64,000 nt of DNA from NCBI GenBank assembly GCA_035502175.1, contig DATJUS010000041.1, positions 2,936 to 66,935 on the forward strand, in the 5' to 3' direction. Shown here piece after piece: positions 19,088-28,167 of the stretch; positions within the stretch are counted from its first letter, which is position 1, and every line of letters starts with the position of its first letter. A program made the position numbers and the translations under genes. The notes under the pieces were generated by a model. The model made no database searches and was not told the DNA's origin. It was given only the letters and a program-made list of their open reading frames with translations. This DNA is from Rhizomicrobium sp. (GTDB lineage Bacteria > Pseudomonadota > Alphaproteobacteria > Micropepsales > Micropepsaceae).

Positions 19088-19879
19088 CTACGTCCGGAGC
19101 CATAGCCCGACAGTAAATCCTTGCTCCACAAGGGAATTCTGGCCCGCTGGCGACATAAAGGCGCCGAGTTGCACAGACCAGCGCGTCGACACTCTTCGCA
19201 CGACCGACAATTCGATCTTGTGGGTGCGGAAGTAAGTGTCGGGCGGATCGGCGTCCCCGCCGCTCACCACGTTGAAGCTCTGCAACATCACCATCGTCCT
19301 TGCGCCGAACCAAAGGCCGCCAGTCATGTCGAGCAATGTCTCGTTCGGCCGCGGATGCGTGATGTCGCGCTCGGCGAGTTCGACATCGCCAAAGCCATTT
19401 CGTCCCCAGAGCGTGAAGTTGGTCCCGTAGAGGACTCGAAACTCCGCGATGCTCGCGGTATCGACGCTGCGCGAATTCGAGAGATCGAACGCCCCGGAAC
19501 TGCGATAGGACGCCTGCACAGAGAGCACGCCGAAGCTGTCTAGAACGCGATAGCGCGCACCCGCTTCGATCGAGAGCGCCTTTGCGACGACGGGCGATTT
19601 GTCAGCCCAGACCGATTCCGCGACGACATACTCCGGTGCCGCGAACAGCGTGAGCCTGCCGGTCCAGCCGTACTCGACGAGGTTGCGTGTGTTCAACTTG
19701 ACGAATCGGATCGGTGCCTTCGCTTCTCCCTTGCCGTCGTATCCGTCGAACGCGCGTGCGAAATCGACGGAGGTGATGATCTGCCAGTGATGCGCGTCCT
19801 GCGTCCAGGCGCCCGCGCATGCTGGCTCCGCGACAACCAGCAGAATGGCAGCCACGATGCCGCTGCAGAACCTATGCAT
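19088..19879 (-). CDS. Exported protein, probable outer-membrane beta-barrel
   Basis: Signal peptide ending ..ACAGAWTQ; alternating hydrophobic strands; C-terminal GFTVGLWLRT; 8-nt overlap with GT2. Confidence 0.5.
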   Translation of the reverse strand: MHRFCSGIVAAILLVVAEPACAGAWTQDAHHWQIITSVDFARAFDGYDGKGEAKAPIRFVKLNTRNLVEYGWTGRLTLFAAPEYVVAESVWADKSPVVAKALSIEAGARYRVLDSFGVLSVQASYRSSGAFDLSNSRSVDTASIAEFRVLYGTNFTLWGRNGFGDVELAERDITHPRPNETLLDMTGGLWFGARTMVMLQSFNVVSGGDADPPDTYFRTHKIELSVVRRVSTRWSVQLGAFMSPAGQNSLVEQGFTVGLWLRT

Positions 19880-21533
19880 GCGGGCCGCCTTCGTCGCTTA
19901 GGCCATGAGTCGTTTTCTCCCAGTGGAACGGCTTCGTGATGAGATGCCAGAGACCACGATAGGCCGCGACGGAGATCAGCAGCCAGTAAACCACGACTGT
20001 GAGCCCATACGGCGCGAGCTTCGGATCACCGCGCCGCGCCGGACCTGAAACCGCAAGATAGGTCAGCAGTCCATTGGAGCCGACCGCACCAACGGCCGAA
20101 GCGTAGCCAAGCGTATCGCTGAACGACCACCCGAACACGGAAAGCGGCAGTACGCACGACAGCGCGAAAAACAGCCACAGGATCGGGTTGACCAATGCGG
20201 AGAGCACGGCACCTCCGATGAACAGCTGAAACGCAAGAAAACCGCCAAGTCCAACCTGCCGGATCAATCGGCGAGCATTTCGGCTGTGCACAAGCCAGGT
20301 CTGCATATAGCCCTTGAGCCAACGCGATCGCTGCCTGATCCAGACATCGATACGTTCCGGCGCCTCTTCCCAGGTCGTGGAGTCGAGCATCGCCGTGCGA
20401 TAGCCAAGCTGGGCGAGACGCAGACCGATATCGGCATCTTCCGTGACGTTGAACGGATCCCAGGCGCCGATCTCGCGCAGCACGGCCGTGCGAAAATGAT
20501 TGGATGTGCCGCCGAGCGGCATCGGAACGTTCAGCCTTTCCAGGCCAGGCAGCAGAGATCCGAACCAGGTGAAATAATCGATGGAAAAACTTTTGGCCAA
20601 CCAGCGGGTTTGATTGTGAAATGCGAGACGAGCTTGGAGACACGCAATCTCACGCGGAGCGCGGCGGAAAGCAGCCACCGCTTTCAGAAGTTGATCTTTC
20701 TCGGGCCGGTCCTCGGCATCGTAGATAACGAGGTAATCTCCACGCGCATAGCGCAAGGCGAAATTTACCGCTTTTGGTTTCGTGCGCGGCAGACTCGGCG
20801 GGACGCGCACGATATCGAAGGGATGCGACCGCTCAAGCTCCTCACAAGCTGCGACGGTCTCGACATCGTCCGCTTCGACCACGATCTTGATGTCCAGTTT
20901 TGCTCGCGGATATGCGAGAGATGACAACGCGCGAAGTAAGTCCGGAACTATCCTTGCTTCGCGGTACAACGGCACAATGATCGAGTAGACGGGTAGTATC
21001 GGGTCATCGGAAGGCGGAACGACTACGCTCTTCCGCGGCAAACCGCCCAGCCACGAGAGCAGTACCCGAAAGAACGCCCCAGCGATGAAGATCGCGGTCA
21101 TCGCAACGACAAAAGCTGCGACAGCTGCAAGCGGGCTAACCAACAGCGCGCAGATCGCGGCAAAAGCGGCCATTACCAACCCACGGACTTGCCCCGACGA
21201 CACCACGCGCCGAGCGGAAAGTTCGGGCTGCTCCCGCGCCAATGCAAAAATCGCCCTGTCCGTCAGTTCCGCGCCGTAGCGCCGAGAGAGTTCGAGAAAC
21301 AATTCGGAACGGGGCACTTCGATGAAGGAAGCAGCGCCAAGCGCCGCCTCGATCCAACACTTGTTTTCCGCTGACGCGTCGGCGAGCGCGACGACCAACG
21401 CGTTGCCATCCCGGCGCAGAGGCAGGTAAAGCCGCCGCAGATATGACTCCACATTTGCGCCGTCAGCACACGACTCCTCTGCGTCGCACGCCCAATCGGG
21501 ACGCACGTCTTCGGCAGCGTGGAAATGAGACAT
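19872..21533 (-). CDS. Processive GT2 glycosyltransferase with N-terminal T2SSE_N-like region (NfrB-like architecture)
   Basis: VPLYRE, YDAED, TEDAD, QRSRW (D,D,D,QxxRW); several TM helices; LYLPLRRDGNALVVALAD N-region. Confidence 0.85.
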   Translation of the reverse strand: MSHFHAAEDVRPDWACDAEESCADGANVESYLRRLYLPLRRDGNALVVALADASAENKCWIEAALGAASFIEVPRSELFLELSRRYGAELTDRAIFALAREQPELSARRVVSSGQVRGLVMAAFAAICALLVSPLAAVAAFVVAMTAIFIAGAFFRVLLSWLGGLPRKSVVVPPSDDPILPVYSIIVPLYREARIVPDLLRALSSLAYPRAKLDIKIVVEADDVETVAACEELERSHPFDIVRVPPSLPRTKPKAVNFALRYARGDYLVIYDAEDRPEKDQLLKAVAAFRRAPREIACLQARLAFHNQTRWLAKSFSIDYFTWFGSLLPGLERLNVPMPLGGTSNHFRTAVLREIGAWDPFNVTEDADIGLRLAQLGYRTAMLDSTTWEEAPERIDVWIRQRSRWLKGYMQTWLVHSRNARRLIRQVGLGGFLAFQLFIGGAVLSALVNPILWLFFALSCVLPLSVFGWSFSDTLGYASAVGAVGSNGLLTYLAVSGPARRGDPKLAPYGLTVVVYWLLISVAAYRGLWHLITKPFHWEKTTHGLSDEGGPHA

Positions 21534-21681
21534 TCCGCCCTGAACGACATTTGACGATGAACTTGGACAAATGCGTCAGGCGTTATTCCCGCTGCCCGCC
21601 GCCACAAAGGCTGTCGATCCGCTACGCGACGGGCGACTCAAAACAAAATAGAAATGAAACAGCAATAAACTATAAGTTGTG

Positions 21682-22977
21682 TCACTCTGCCGCCGGCTTC
21701 GCCAAAGGATCGGTCAGCGGCACAGCACTGACTTCCGCAAACCGGCGTCCGGCTTCTTCCTGCTCGGGATCGGCGGGCTGCTGCGAGATCTGGCGGCCGA
21801 GGGCGATGACGTTGGGGATTTCGTCGTCCGTCATCTCTTTCATCTTTTGCTTCCGCGCGAACGCCTTCTCGATATAGGGCGCGAGATCTTCGTTCTTTTT
21901 GCGCTGACGCTCGGCTTCGTTCGCTTTGAACTCCGGCATGATGTCCTTGCCGAAGAGCTCGAGCGCTTCGCAGATGTGCTCATGCTTGTTGCGGCCACCT
22001 TGCTGGATGAACGCGACCTGATCGACGCCGGAGTCCGCGAATTTGCGTAGGTGCGCGCGCATCTCGTCCGGCGTTCCCATGCCGCCGCTGCCCGGATTGG
22101 CAGGCAGATGATCGCGCGCCGCTTCAAAGTTCTTCCAGATGTCGGTGCGGCCCGGCTTGTGCTCGCCGAAGATATAATGATGGCCAAGCGCGTAGCCGAA
22201 GAAGCGGAAACCGTCGAGGCCGCGGCGCAGCGCCTCCTCGCGATCGTTGTGCACCGAGAAGCCCGTCACCATCGCGATGTTGGCATTCACGGCATGGCCG
22301 ATCGGAACGCATTCTTCCTTGATGATGCGGTAGTAATCGTCGACCCATTGCTTGGCTTCCGCCGGATCGACGAATGCAAACGTCAAGGCGCCGATCCCAA
22401 GACGCGCGGCGAGTTTGATCGTCTCGCGATTGGAGCACGCAACCCACACCGGCGGGTGCGGCTTCTGCACGGGCTTGGGCACGATGTTGCGGCACGGCAT
22501 CTCGAAATATTCACCTTTGAACCCCGGATACGGATTCATCACCATCATGTTCAGGCACTGTTCGACGGTCTCGCGCCACATGTCGCGCTTCTTCTCGACT
22601 GGCACACGATAGCCGCCGAGTTCGAGCAGCGCGGAGGATTCACCCGTGCCGAATTCGACACGGCCATTGGAGACAAGATCGAGCGTCGCGATGCGTTCCG
22701 CCACGCGTGCGGGATGATTGTAGCCCGGCGGCATGAGCACGATGCCATGGCCGAGGCGAATATTCTTGGTACGCTGAGAACACGCGGCCAGGAACACTTC
22801 CGGCGCAGAGGAGTGCGAATATTCCTCGAGGAAGTGGTGCTCCACTTCCCACGCGTGATCGATGCCGAGCTTGTCGGCGAGCTCGACCTGGTCGAGGGCG
22901 TCCTGAAACAGCTTCAACTCATCGCCGTCATTCCAGGGACGCGGCAACTGGTGTTCGTAGAAGATACCGAATTTCAT
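21682..22977 (-). CDS. LLM-class flavin-dependent monooxygenase
   Basis: WEVEHHF, ERIATLDLVSNGRVEFGTG luciferase-like motifs. Confidence 0.88.
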   Translation of the reverse strand: MKFGIFYEHQLPRPWNDGDELKLFQDALDQVELADKLGIDHAWEVEHHFLEEYSHSSAPEVFLAACSQRTKNIRLGHGIVLMPPGYNHPARVAERIATLDLVSNGRVEFGTGESSALLELGGYRVPVEKKRDMWRETVEQCLNMMVMNPYPGFKGEYFEMPCRNIVPKPVQKPHPPVWVACSNRETIKLAARLGIGALTFAFVDPAEAKQWVDDYYRIIKEECVPIGHAVNANIAMVTGFSVHNDREEALRRGLDGFRFFGYALGHHYIFGEHKPGRTDIWKNFEAARDHLPANPGSGGMGTPDEMRAHLRKFADSGVDQVAFIQQGGRNKHEHICEALELFGKDIMPEFKANEAERQRKKNEDLAPYIEKAFARKQKMKEMTDDEIPNVIALGRQISQQPADPEQEEAGRRFAEVSAVPLTDPLAKPAAE

Positions 22978-22986
22978 GACGCGTCC

Positions 22987-23874
22987 TCAGTTCTGGGGCG
23001 TAAGCAAGGTGAGTGGGTTGTGATCCTTGACGCTCGTGAGCGACGGCGTATTTGCCGCCGCATCGAACGCGGCAAGGATCGCTTGGAAGCGCGCTTCCGC
23101 AAACGCCTTCATCGCCGGATGGGTGAAGACATAGAGTTCGCCGTTCTGCACGGCTTCGAGCACGCGGTTGCCGACGATATCGGGATCGATGCCGTTGAGT
23201 ACATTCTGCGCCGCCTGCTCACGCGTATCGCCGACGCCCGGATCGACATCGCCGACGCCGCCATATTTGTCCTGACGCGCGCGACCGCTTTCATGGATAC
23301 GCGTCTTCACGAAGCCCGGACACAGCACCGAGACACCGATATTCAGAGGCGCGAGTTGCCCGTGCCAGCCTTCGCTCATCGCCACGACGGCAAACTTGGT
23401 GGCGCAATAGGGCTCAAGGCCTGGCGGCGAGATCATGCCGGCCATTGAGGCTGTGTTGACGAAGTGTCCGCCTTCGCCGTGGCTCTTGATCAGCGGCGTG
23501 AAGACTTCGGTGCCGTAGACAACGCTTTTCAGATTGACGTCAATGATCCAGTCCCAGTCGCGGTCGCGCACCGTGCCAATCGGGCCGCCGACGGCCACGC
23601 CGGCATTGTTGCAGACGATATGCACCTTGCCGAAAGCGGCGATGGCTTCGAGCGCCGCTTCGCGCACCGCGCCGCGCTCGCTGACATCACAATGCACCGG
23701 CACAGCCTTGATCTGCTCCGACGCGAGACGCTCGGCGGCTTCCTTGGCCGCATTCGTGTCGATATCGGCGAGCACGACGTTCATGCCGGCGCGGCCGAAG
23801 GCGCGCGCCATCGAAAGTCCGAGGCCGCTGGCGCCGCCGGTGATGAATGCGGTTTTGCCCTTGAAATCCTTCAT
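22987..23874 (-). CDS. Short-chain dehydrogenase/reductase
   Basis: TGGASGLG, NNAGV, YCATK; TGATG coupling to upstream gene. Confidence 0.9.
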   Translation of the reverse strand: MKDFKGKTAFITGGASGLGLSMARAFGRAGMNVVLADIDTNAAKEAAERLASEQIKAVPVHCDVSERGAVREAALEAIAAFGKVHIVCNNAGVAVGGPIGTVRDRDWDWIIDVNLKSVVYGTEVFTPLIKSHGEGGHFVNTASMAGMISPPGLEPYCATKFAVVAMSEGWHGQLAPLNIGVSVLCPGFVKTRIHESGRARQDKYGGVGDVDPGVGDTREQAAQNVLNGIDPDIVGNRVLEAVQNGELYVFTHPAMKAFAEARFQAILAAFDAAANTPSLTSVKDHNPLTLLTPQN

Positions 23875-24896
23875 CACGCGGCTTCCTTCTGTTCGAGACT
23901 GTCGAAGCGGCGTTGCAGCGCGGCGCCATTCGGGCGCGCGCGGAACATGGCTTCGAATTCCTTGCGTGCCTGCGCGCGATCCCAATCGTTGTTGGTGACC
24001 GAATGCCAATGCACCATGCCGCGCCAAACCGGATCGATGAAGGCCGCGCCCTTCACACACTGACCGTCGACGGTCTTGAACGTGAAGCTGCGCAGCTCCG
24101 ACACGACAGCCGTCAGATAGCCGACATGCGGCGCTTCGTCAGCGCGGATGCGGTCGACGAGATCGGCAGCATGCAACGCGACGTCGCGGCGGCCGGCGAA
24201 GTTGCGCGGATCGCGCATCACTGCGGTGCAGAAGTTGAAGAACTTCTCCGCGCGCACTTCGATCATCAGGACGTTCATGAGCAGCAGGATCCAGCGCTCA
24301 TATTCCGGCGGGATTTGCGGCATCAGACGGCCGGTTTCGGGGCGCGACAACGTCTCCGGCACGTCTGCATGCGGATAAGCGTGCTTGCCGAACAGCATGT
24401 CGCGCACGGCGAACCACATCGCATCGTGACCGCCTAGCGTGCCGTCGCCGCCTTCGTCCAGTCCATGCGCGCGCAATAAGCCTTTGTTCAGATGCGCGGT
24501 CGCGGTTTCGGCGATGTCATCTTCGACGATGCTCTGGAAGTCCGGCGCTTCGGCTTCGGCGAGCATGCGGCCGCGGGCTTCGATCACGCCAGTGACGCTT
24601 AAGGAATCCCACAACGTCTGGCCGAAGCCTTCCTCCAGCAGAAGGCTTTGCTGCGCGACATTCGGGAACGAGCCGCGCGCATTCAGTTGTTGCGACGCAT
24701 CGACAAGATCATGGCCGCGTGCCGTCAACGCGTCGGACCATGCCCGGATCGCGGGCCAGCGGTTCAGCGTGCGTGGCGAGATGTAATTGCCGTCGGCATC
24801 GAAACCGCCGTGAAGGCGATAACCAGCTTCGACATGCGGCTTCGCATAAGGATGATCGGCGAGAATTTCGTCGCTGGTGTAGACGAGCTTCGACAT
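23874..24896 (-). CDS. Uncharacterised ferritin-like (putative di-iron) protein
   Basis: Ligand spacing IEARG ... HGLDEGG..GH ... IEVRAE ... DEAPH. Confidence 0.6.
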   Translation of the reverse strand: MSKLVYTSDEILADHPYAKPHVEAGYRLHGGFDADGNYISPRTLNRWPAIRAWSDALTARGHDLVDASQQLNARGSFPNVAQQSLLLEEGFGQTLWDSLSVTGVIEARGRMLAEAEAPDFQSIVEDDIAETATAHLNKGLLRAHGLDEGGDGTLGGHDAMWFAVRDMLFGKHAYPHADVPETLSRPETGRLMPQIPPEYERWILLLMNVLMIEVRAEKFFNFCTAVMRDPRNFAGRRDVALHAADLVDRIRADEAPHVGYLTAVVSELRSFTFKTVDGQCVKGAAFIDPVWRGMVHWHSVTNNDWDRAQARKEFEAMFRARPNGAALQRRFDSLEQKEAA

Positions 24897-24939
24897 CGCA
24901 ATTCCTCCGCGAGCGCGGTCTTTGTGCCGGTCTCGTCAG

Positions 24940-24973
24940 AACTGATAATTTGTCAGTTGCGGGTGATTGTCAA
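24940..24973 (-). promoter_or_regulatory. sigma70-like promoter with overlapping palindromic operator for the ferritin-like/SDR/LLM operon
   Basis: Minus strand TTGACA (24973-24968), 17 nt, AATTAT; inverted repeat AACTGATAA-T-TTGTCAGTT (24940-24958, 8/9) covers the -10. Confidence 0.6.
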
Positions 24974-25588
24974 TCAGGGCTTCAGTGCGCGCACCAGAAA
25001 GCGCGTGAGATTGTCGACCAGGTCCTGGCGTTTGCGGCCGGCTCTGTAACCTTCGGCACCCACTTGATGGATCGCGCCGAGGATCATCTGCCCCGCGATC
25101 TCCGGATTGTAGGCACGCGTCGCCGTCCCTGCAGCCATGGAGCGTTTCACGTGCTCGGCCCAATCGTAGCCCCACCTTACCAACAGCGGTGTCGCCTGCG
25201 CGCCTTCCGCGTCGATCACGGCTTCATCGGTCATTGCGGCACCGAGAACGCCGGGATGCGATTCCGAATAATCGTAGATCGCATTCAGCGATGCCGCGAT
25301 CGTGTGCTCCAGCGACCCGTCGCTGGCGGCGACGCGCGCATCGACATATTCCTGAAGCTCCAGCCGCGCGTCTTCCACGAACGCGAGGAAGCAAGCACGC
25401 TTGTCATCGTAGTGAAGATAGAACGTGCCATGGCCGAGACCCGCTTCGCGCGCGATATCCTGCGGCCGCGTCGCGTGATAGCCGCGCTCCACAAACAGCT
25501 TTCGCGCTGCTTTCTTGAGCTTTGCGAGGCTTTCGGGTTTGCGTCGCGCGGGCCGCGCGTCTGTTTTTGCGAGCGTGTCTGAGTCCAT
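24974..25588 (-). CDS. TetR/AcrR-family regulator
   Basis: AARKLFVERGYHATRPQDIAREAGLGHGTFYLHY HTH. Confidence 0.92.
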   Translation of the reverse strand: MDSDTLAKTDARPARRKPESLAKLKKAARKLFVERGYHATRPQDIAREAGLGHGTFYLHYDDKRACFLAFVEDARLELQEYVDARVAASDGSLEHTIAASLNAIYDYSESHPGVLGAAMTDEAVIDAEGAQATPLLVRWGYDWAEHVKRSMAAGTATRAYNPEIAGQMILGAIHQVGAEGYRAGRKRQDLVDNLTRFLVRALKP

Positions 25589-25687
25589 GTGTAACTTTCC
25601 ACTGTCCGTACACTGTAAGTCAAACCGGACCGATGGAACTCGCAAAGTCTTCGCGTTAGCATGGTTTCCAGAGCACAGGAGAACGCC

Positions 25688-26254
25688 ATGCGCAAACAGC
25701 TCTATCTCGCAGTTGCAGCAGCATTGTTCGTCACACCGGTCTTCGCCATGGGCGGTGGAGGCGGTGGCGGCTATGGCGGGTTCAACGCGACACCCCAGAT
25801 GACCTTCGACGACTATGCGACGGCAAAGCGGCTCATCAAGCATCAGGACTATGCGAAAGCGATCCCGCACCTCGAAGCCGCGCTGGAGAAGCGCCCGCAC
25901 GATGCCGACGTGCTCAACTATCTCGGCTACACCCATCGCATGGTCGGCGTCGGCGAAACCGATGCGTCGCGCGACAACGACTTCAGGATGTCGCTCAACT
26001 ACTACCAGCAGGCGCTCGCGATCGATCCCAAACACCGCGGCGTGCACGAATATCTGGGCGAGCTCTATCTTCAGATGAACGACTTGAACAGGGCGCATGA
26101 GGAGATGAACCAGCTCGTAACCCTTTGCCCAGACGGCTGCGATGAGCGCGACACGCTGAGCAAATCCCTGGCCGCCTATGTTCCGCCCGCCATATCGTCA
26201 GCGCCGCCCGCGCCTGCGGCACCAGCGGCGCCTGCGCCGGCCGTAACGCAATAG
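25688..26254 (+). CDS. Exported small TPR protein
   Basis: Signal peptide, Gly linker, TPR (DVLNYLGY; VHEYLGELY), CPDGC, Pro/Ala tail. Confidence 0.8.
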   Translation: MRKQLYLAVAAALFVTPVFAMGGGGGGGYGGFNATPQMTFDDYATAKRLIKHQDYAKAIPHLEAALEKRPHDADVLNYLGYTHRMVGVGETDASRDNDFRMSLNYYQQALAIDPKHRGVHEYLGELYLQMNDLNRAHEEMNQLVTLCPDGCDERDTLSKSLAAYVPPAISSAPPAPAAPAAPAPAVTQ

Positions 26255-26312
26255 CGGCACTTTTGCCGGCGGTGTACGTTGTGCCTTCGGAACCTCGAAG
26301 GGCACCACGATC

Positions 26313-26888
26313 ATGCGCCAATTTCTGCTCTCCACGCTGGCGGGAAGCCTGCTGTTAGCAAGCCCCGCATTGGCCATCGATTTCGCGGCGCCGCATGCGG
26401 ACCAGCGCGCGCGCGTGCAGTTCGATATCGGCGTCGATCTTGTCGAGCATCAGCACTTCGAGGAAGCAGCGGGCCCGCTGGAAGTCGCGCTGGAGCAATT
26501 TCCCGACGACACGCATATCCTCGGCTATCTCGGCTTCGCGCATCGCATGATCGCGCGCAACCGCGTCGGCACGGCGCATCTGACCGAACTGCGCATCGCC
26601 AACGACTACTACATGCGCGCGCTGGATATCGATCCGCGCCGCAAGGACTTCCTCGAATATATGGGTGAGCTCTATCTGGAGATGGACGATCCCGCGTCCG
26701 CGGATGCAAAGCTTGCGGCGCTGACGCGCGAATGCCCGAATGGCTGCGTGCAGCGCGACAATCTCGCGACCGCGATTGCCGCCTACAAGCCTTTGCCGCC
26801 GCCGACCGCGAATGGCGCGCCCGCTGCGGCGCAAGACGCGACGGCGGCACCAACGCCGCTCGAGCCGCCACCGGCGACGGATGACTGA
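26313..26888 (+). CDS. Exported small TPR protein, paralogue of 25688-26254
   Basis: Same layout: ILGYLGF, LEYMGELY, CPNGC, Pro/Ala tail. Confidence 0.8.
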   Translation: MRQFLLSTLAGSLLLASPALAIDFAAPHADQRARVQFDIGVDLVEHQHFEEAAGPLEVALEQFPDDTHILGYLGFAHRMIARNRVGTAHLTELRIANDYYMRALDIDPRRKDFLEYMGELYLEMDDPASADAKLAALTRECPNGCVQRDNLATAIAAYKPLPPPTANGAPAAAQDATAAPTPLEPPPATDD

Positions 26889-26993
26889 AGCGAAGCTGTT
26901 TCACGGCCTTTGATAGGAAATATTTCCGACAAACAGTCCGCCGCGGGAACCGGCCAGGCGCGAGCCCGTTAGCCTGAAAACAGGAAAACAGAC

Positions 26994-27170
26994 ATGCGCA
27001 AGTTTCTGATGATCATGACCGGCGTCTGCGCGTTCGCGGCGCTGTGGAAGGAAGAAGCGAAGGAAGACGGCGCCGCGATCGCGCTGTCGCCATTCCTTGG
27101 CGCGCTCGCGATCGAGGCCATCATCCTGCTTCTCACCAGCAAGCGGAACGCGATGCTGCAGCAGCAGTGA
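26994..27170 (+). CDS. Small membrane protein (58 aa), not in the ORF track
   Basis: CAGGAAA RBS; MRKFLMIMTGVCAFAALWKEEAKEDGAAIALSPFLGALAIEAIILLLTSKRNAMLQQQ with two hydrophobic segments; fills an otherwise empty gap. Confidence 0.55.
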   Translation: MRKFLMIMTGVCAFAALWKEEAKEDGAAIALSPFLGALAIEAIILLLTSKRNAMLQQQ

Positions 27171-27186
27171 ACTCCCAGTCCAGATC

Positions 27187-28086
27187 TTACTGTCCGCTCA
27201 GATCCTGTGACACGCGCCGCGCAATGTCGGCGCGCGCGATGGTGCCGAGCGCATCGGGCTGTGTCGCATAAAGTCCCTTCAGGAACGCGACATCGACATT
27301 GGTGATCGAATCCGGTGCGGGCTGTTTGCTGCAGGCCGAAGCCATCGCGTCGGCAACGCTGGGCAGCGCCGCGCAGCCGTCATTCGCCTGCACCTGCGAA
27401 AGCGCAAGCAGCGCGATGTAATCGGCGACGGTACCGACATCGTGGCCGGCGAGCTTTCCCGCGTCGGCGATGATCACGACGTTCTCGAGAACGCTGGCTT
27501 TCTTGGCGCCGAGCCGGCTGCCGTCGATCTTGCGGTTGTTGCCCATCACGCCGACGGGATCGGAGGGATCGTCGGTGCGCTGCTGACCGCTCGGATCCAC
27601 CGTCGCGGTCACGTACCATGCCTGGATCGGATGGCTGACGGTCGCGAGTTTGGCAGCACTCGTCGACAGTTTCGTCCCGAACAGCCACGGTGTTTTCTCC
27701 GCAACCTGGTTCGCCATCTTCTGGGTTTCGGGCGTGAACATCACTTCGATGTTCGGCTTGCACGACGCTTCATAGGGTGCGCCCACCTTGAGCGCGACCG
27801 CCTGAATGCGATCGGCAACGAATTTGTTGAACGCGGGCGGCAGCCCCTGCACCGACGGGCACACCGGCGCACGCCAGCGCGCGACCTGCTTGATGGGCGA
27901 CAGCGCGGTGCTGGCATCGACATATTGCGACGAGAGATTGTTCAGCGTCGCGGCATCGACTTTGCTCGCAGTCACCACCACCGTTTCGGCGGCGGTGTTG
28001 TCTGCCGCGAAAGCACCACCACAAACCGTCAATGCGGCAAGCGCGAAACCGCCCGCCAATGATTTGGAATATGCCGTTTTGCCCAT
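27187..28086 (-). CDS. Exported hypothetical protein
   Basis: Signal peptide, four Cys, host-like codon usage. Confidence 0.7.
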   Translation of the reverse strand: MGKTAYSKSLAGGFALAALTVCGGAFAADNTAAETVVVTASKVDAATLNNLSSQYVDASTALSPIKQVARWRAPVCPSVQGLPPAFNKFVADRIQAVALKVGAPYEASCKPNIEVMFTPETQKMANQVAEKTPWLFGTKLSTSAAKLATVSHPIQAWYVTATVDPSGQQRTDDPSDPVGVMGNNRKIDGSRLGAKKASVLENVVIIADAGKLAGHDVGTVADYIALLALSQVQANDGCAALPSVADAMASACSKQPAPDSITNVDVAFLKGLYATQPDALGTIARADIARRVSQDLSGQ

Positions 28087-28167
28087 GTCACTCTCCCCAA
28101 GACGCCCTGCCCAGCTTTGGCAGACATAGTGCGTTCTATGGGTTCGACAAGGATCGGTTGTGCAGGT

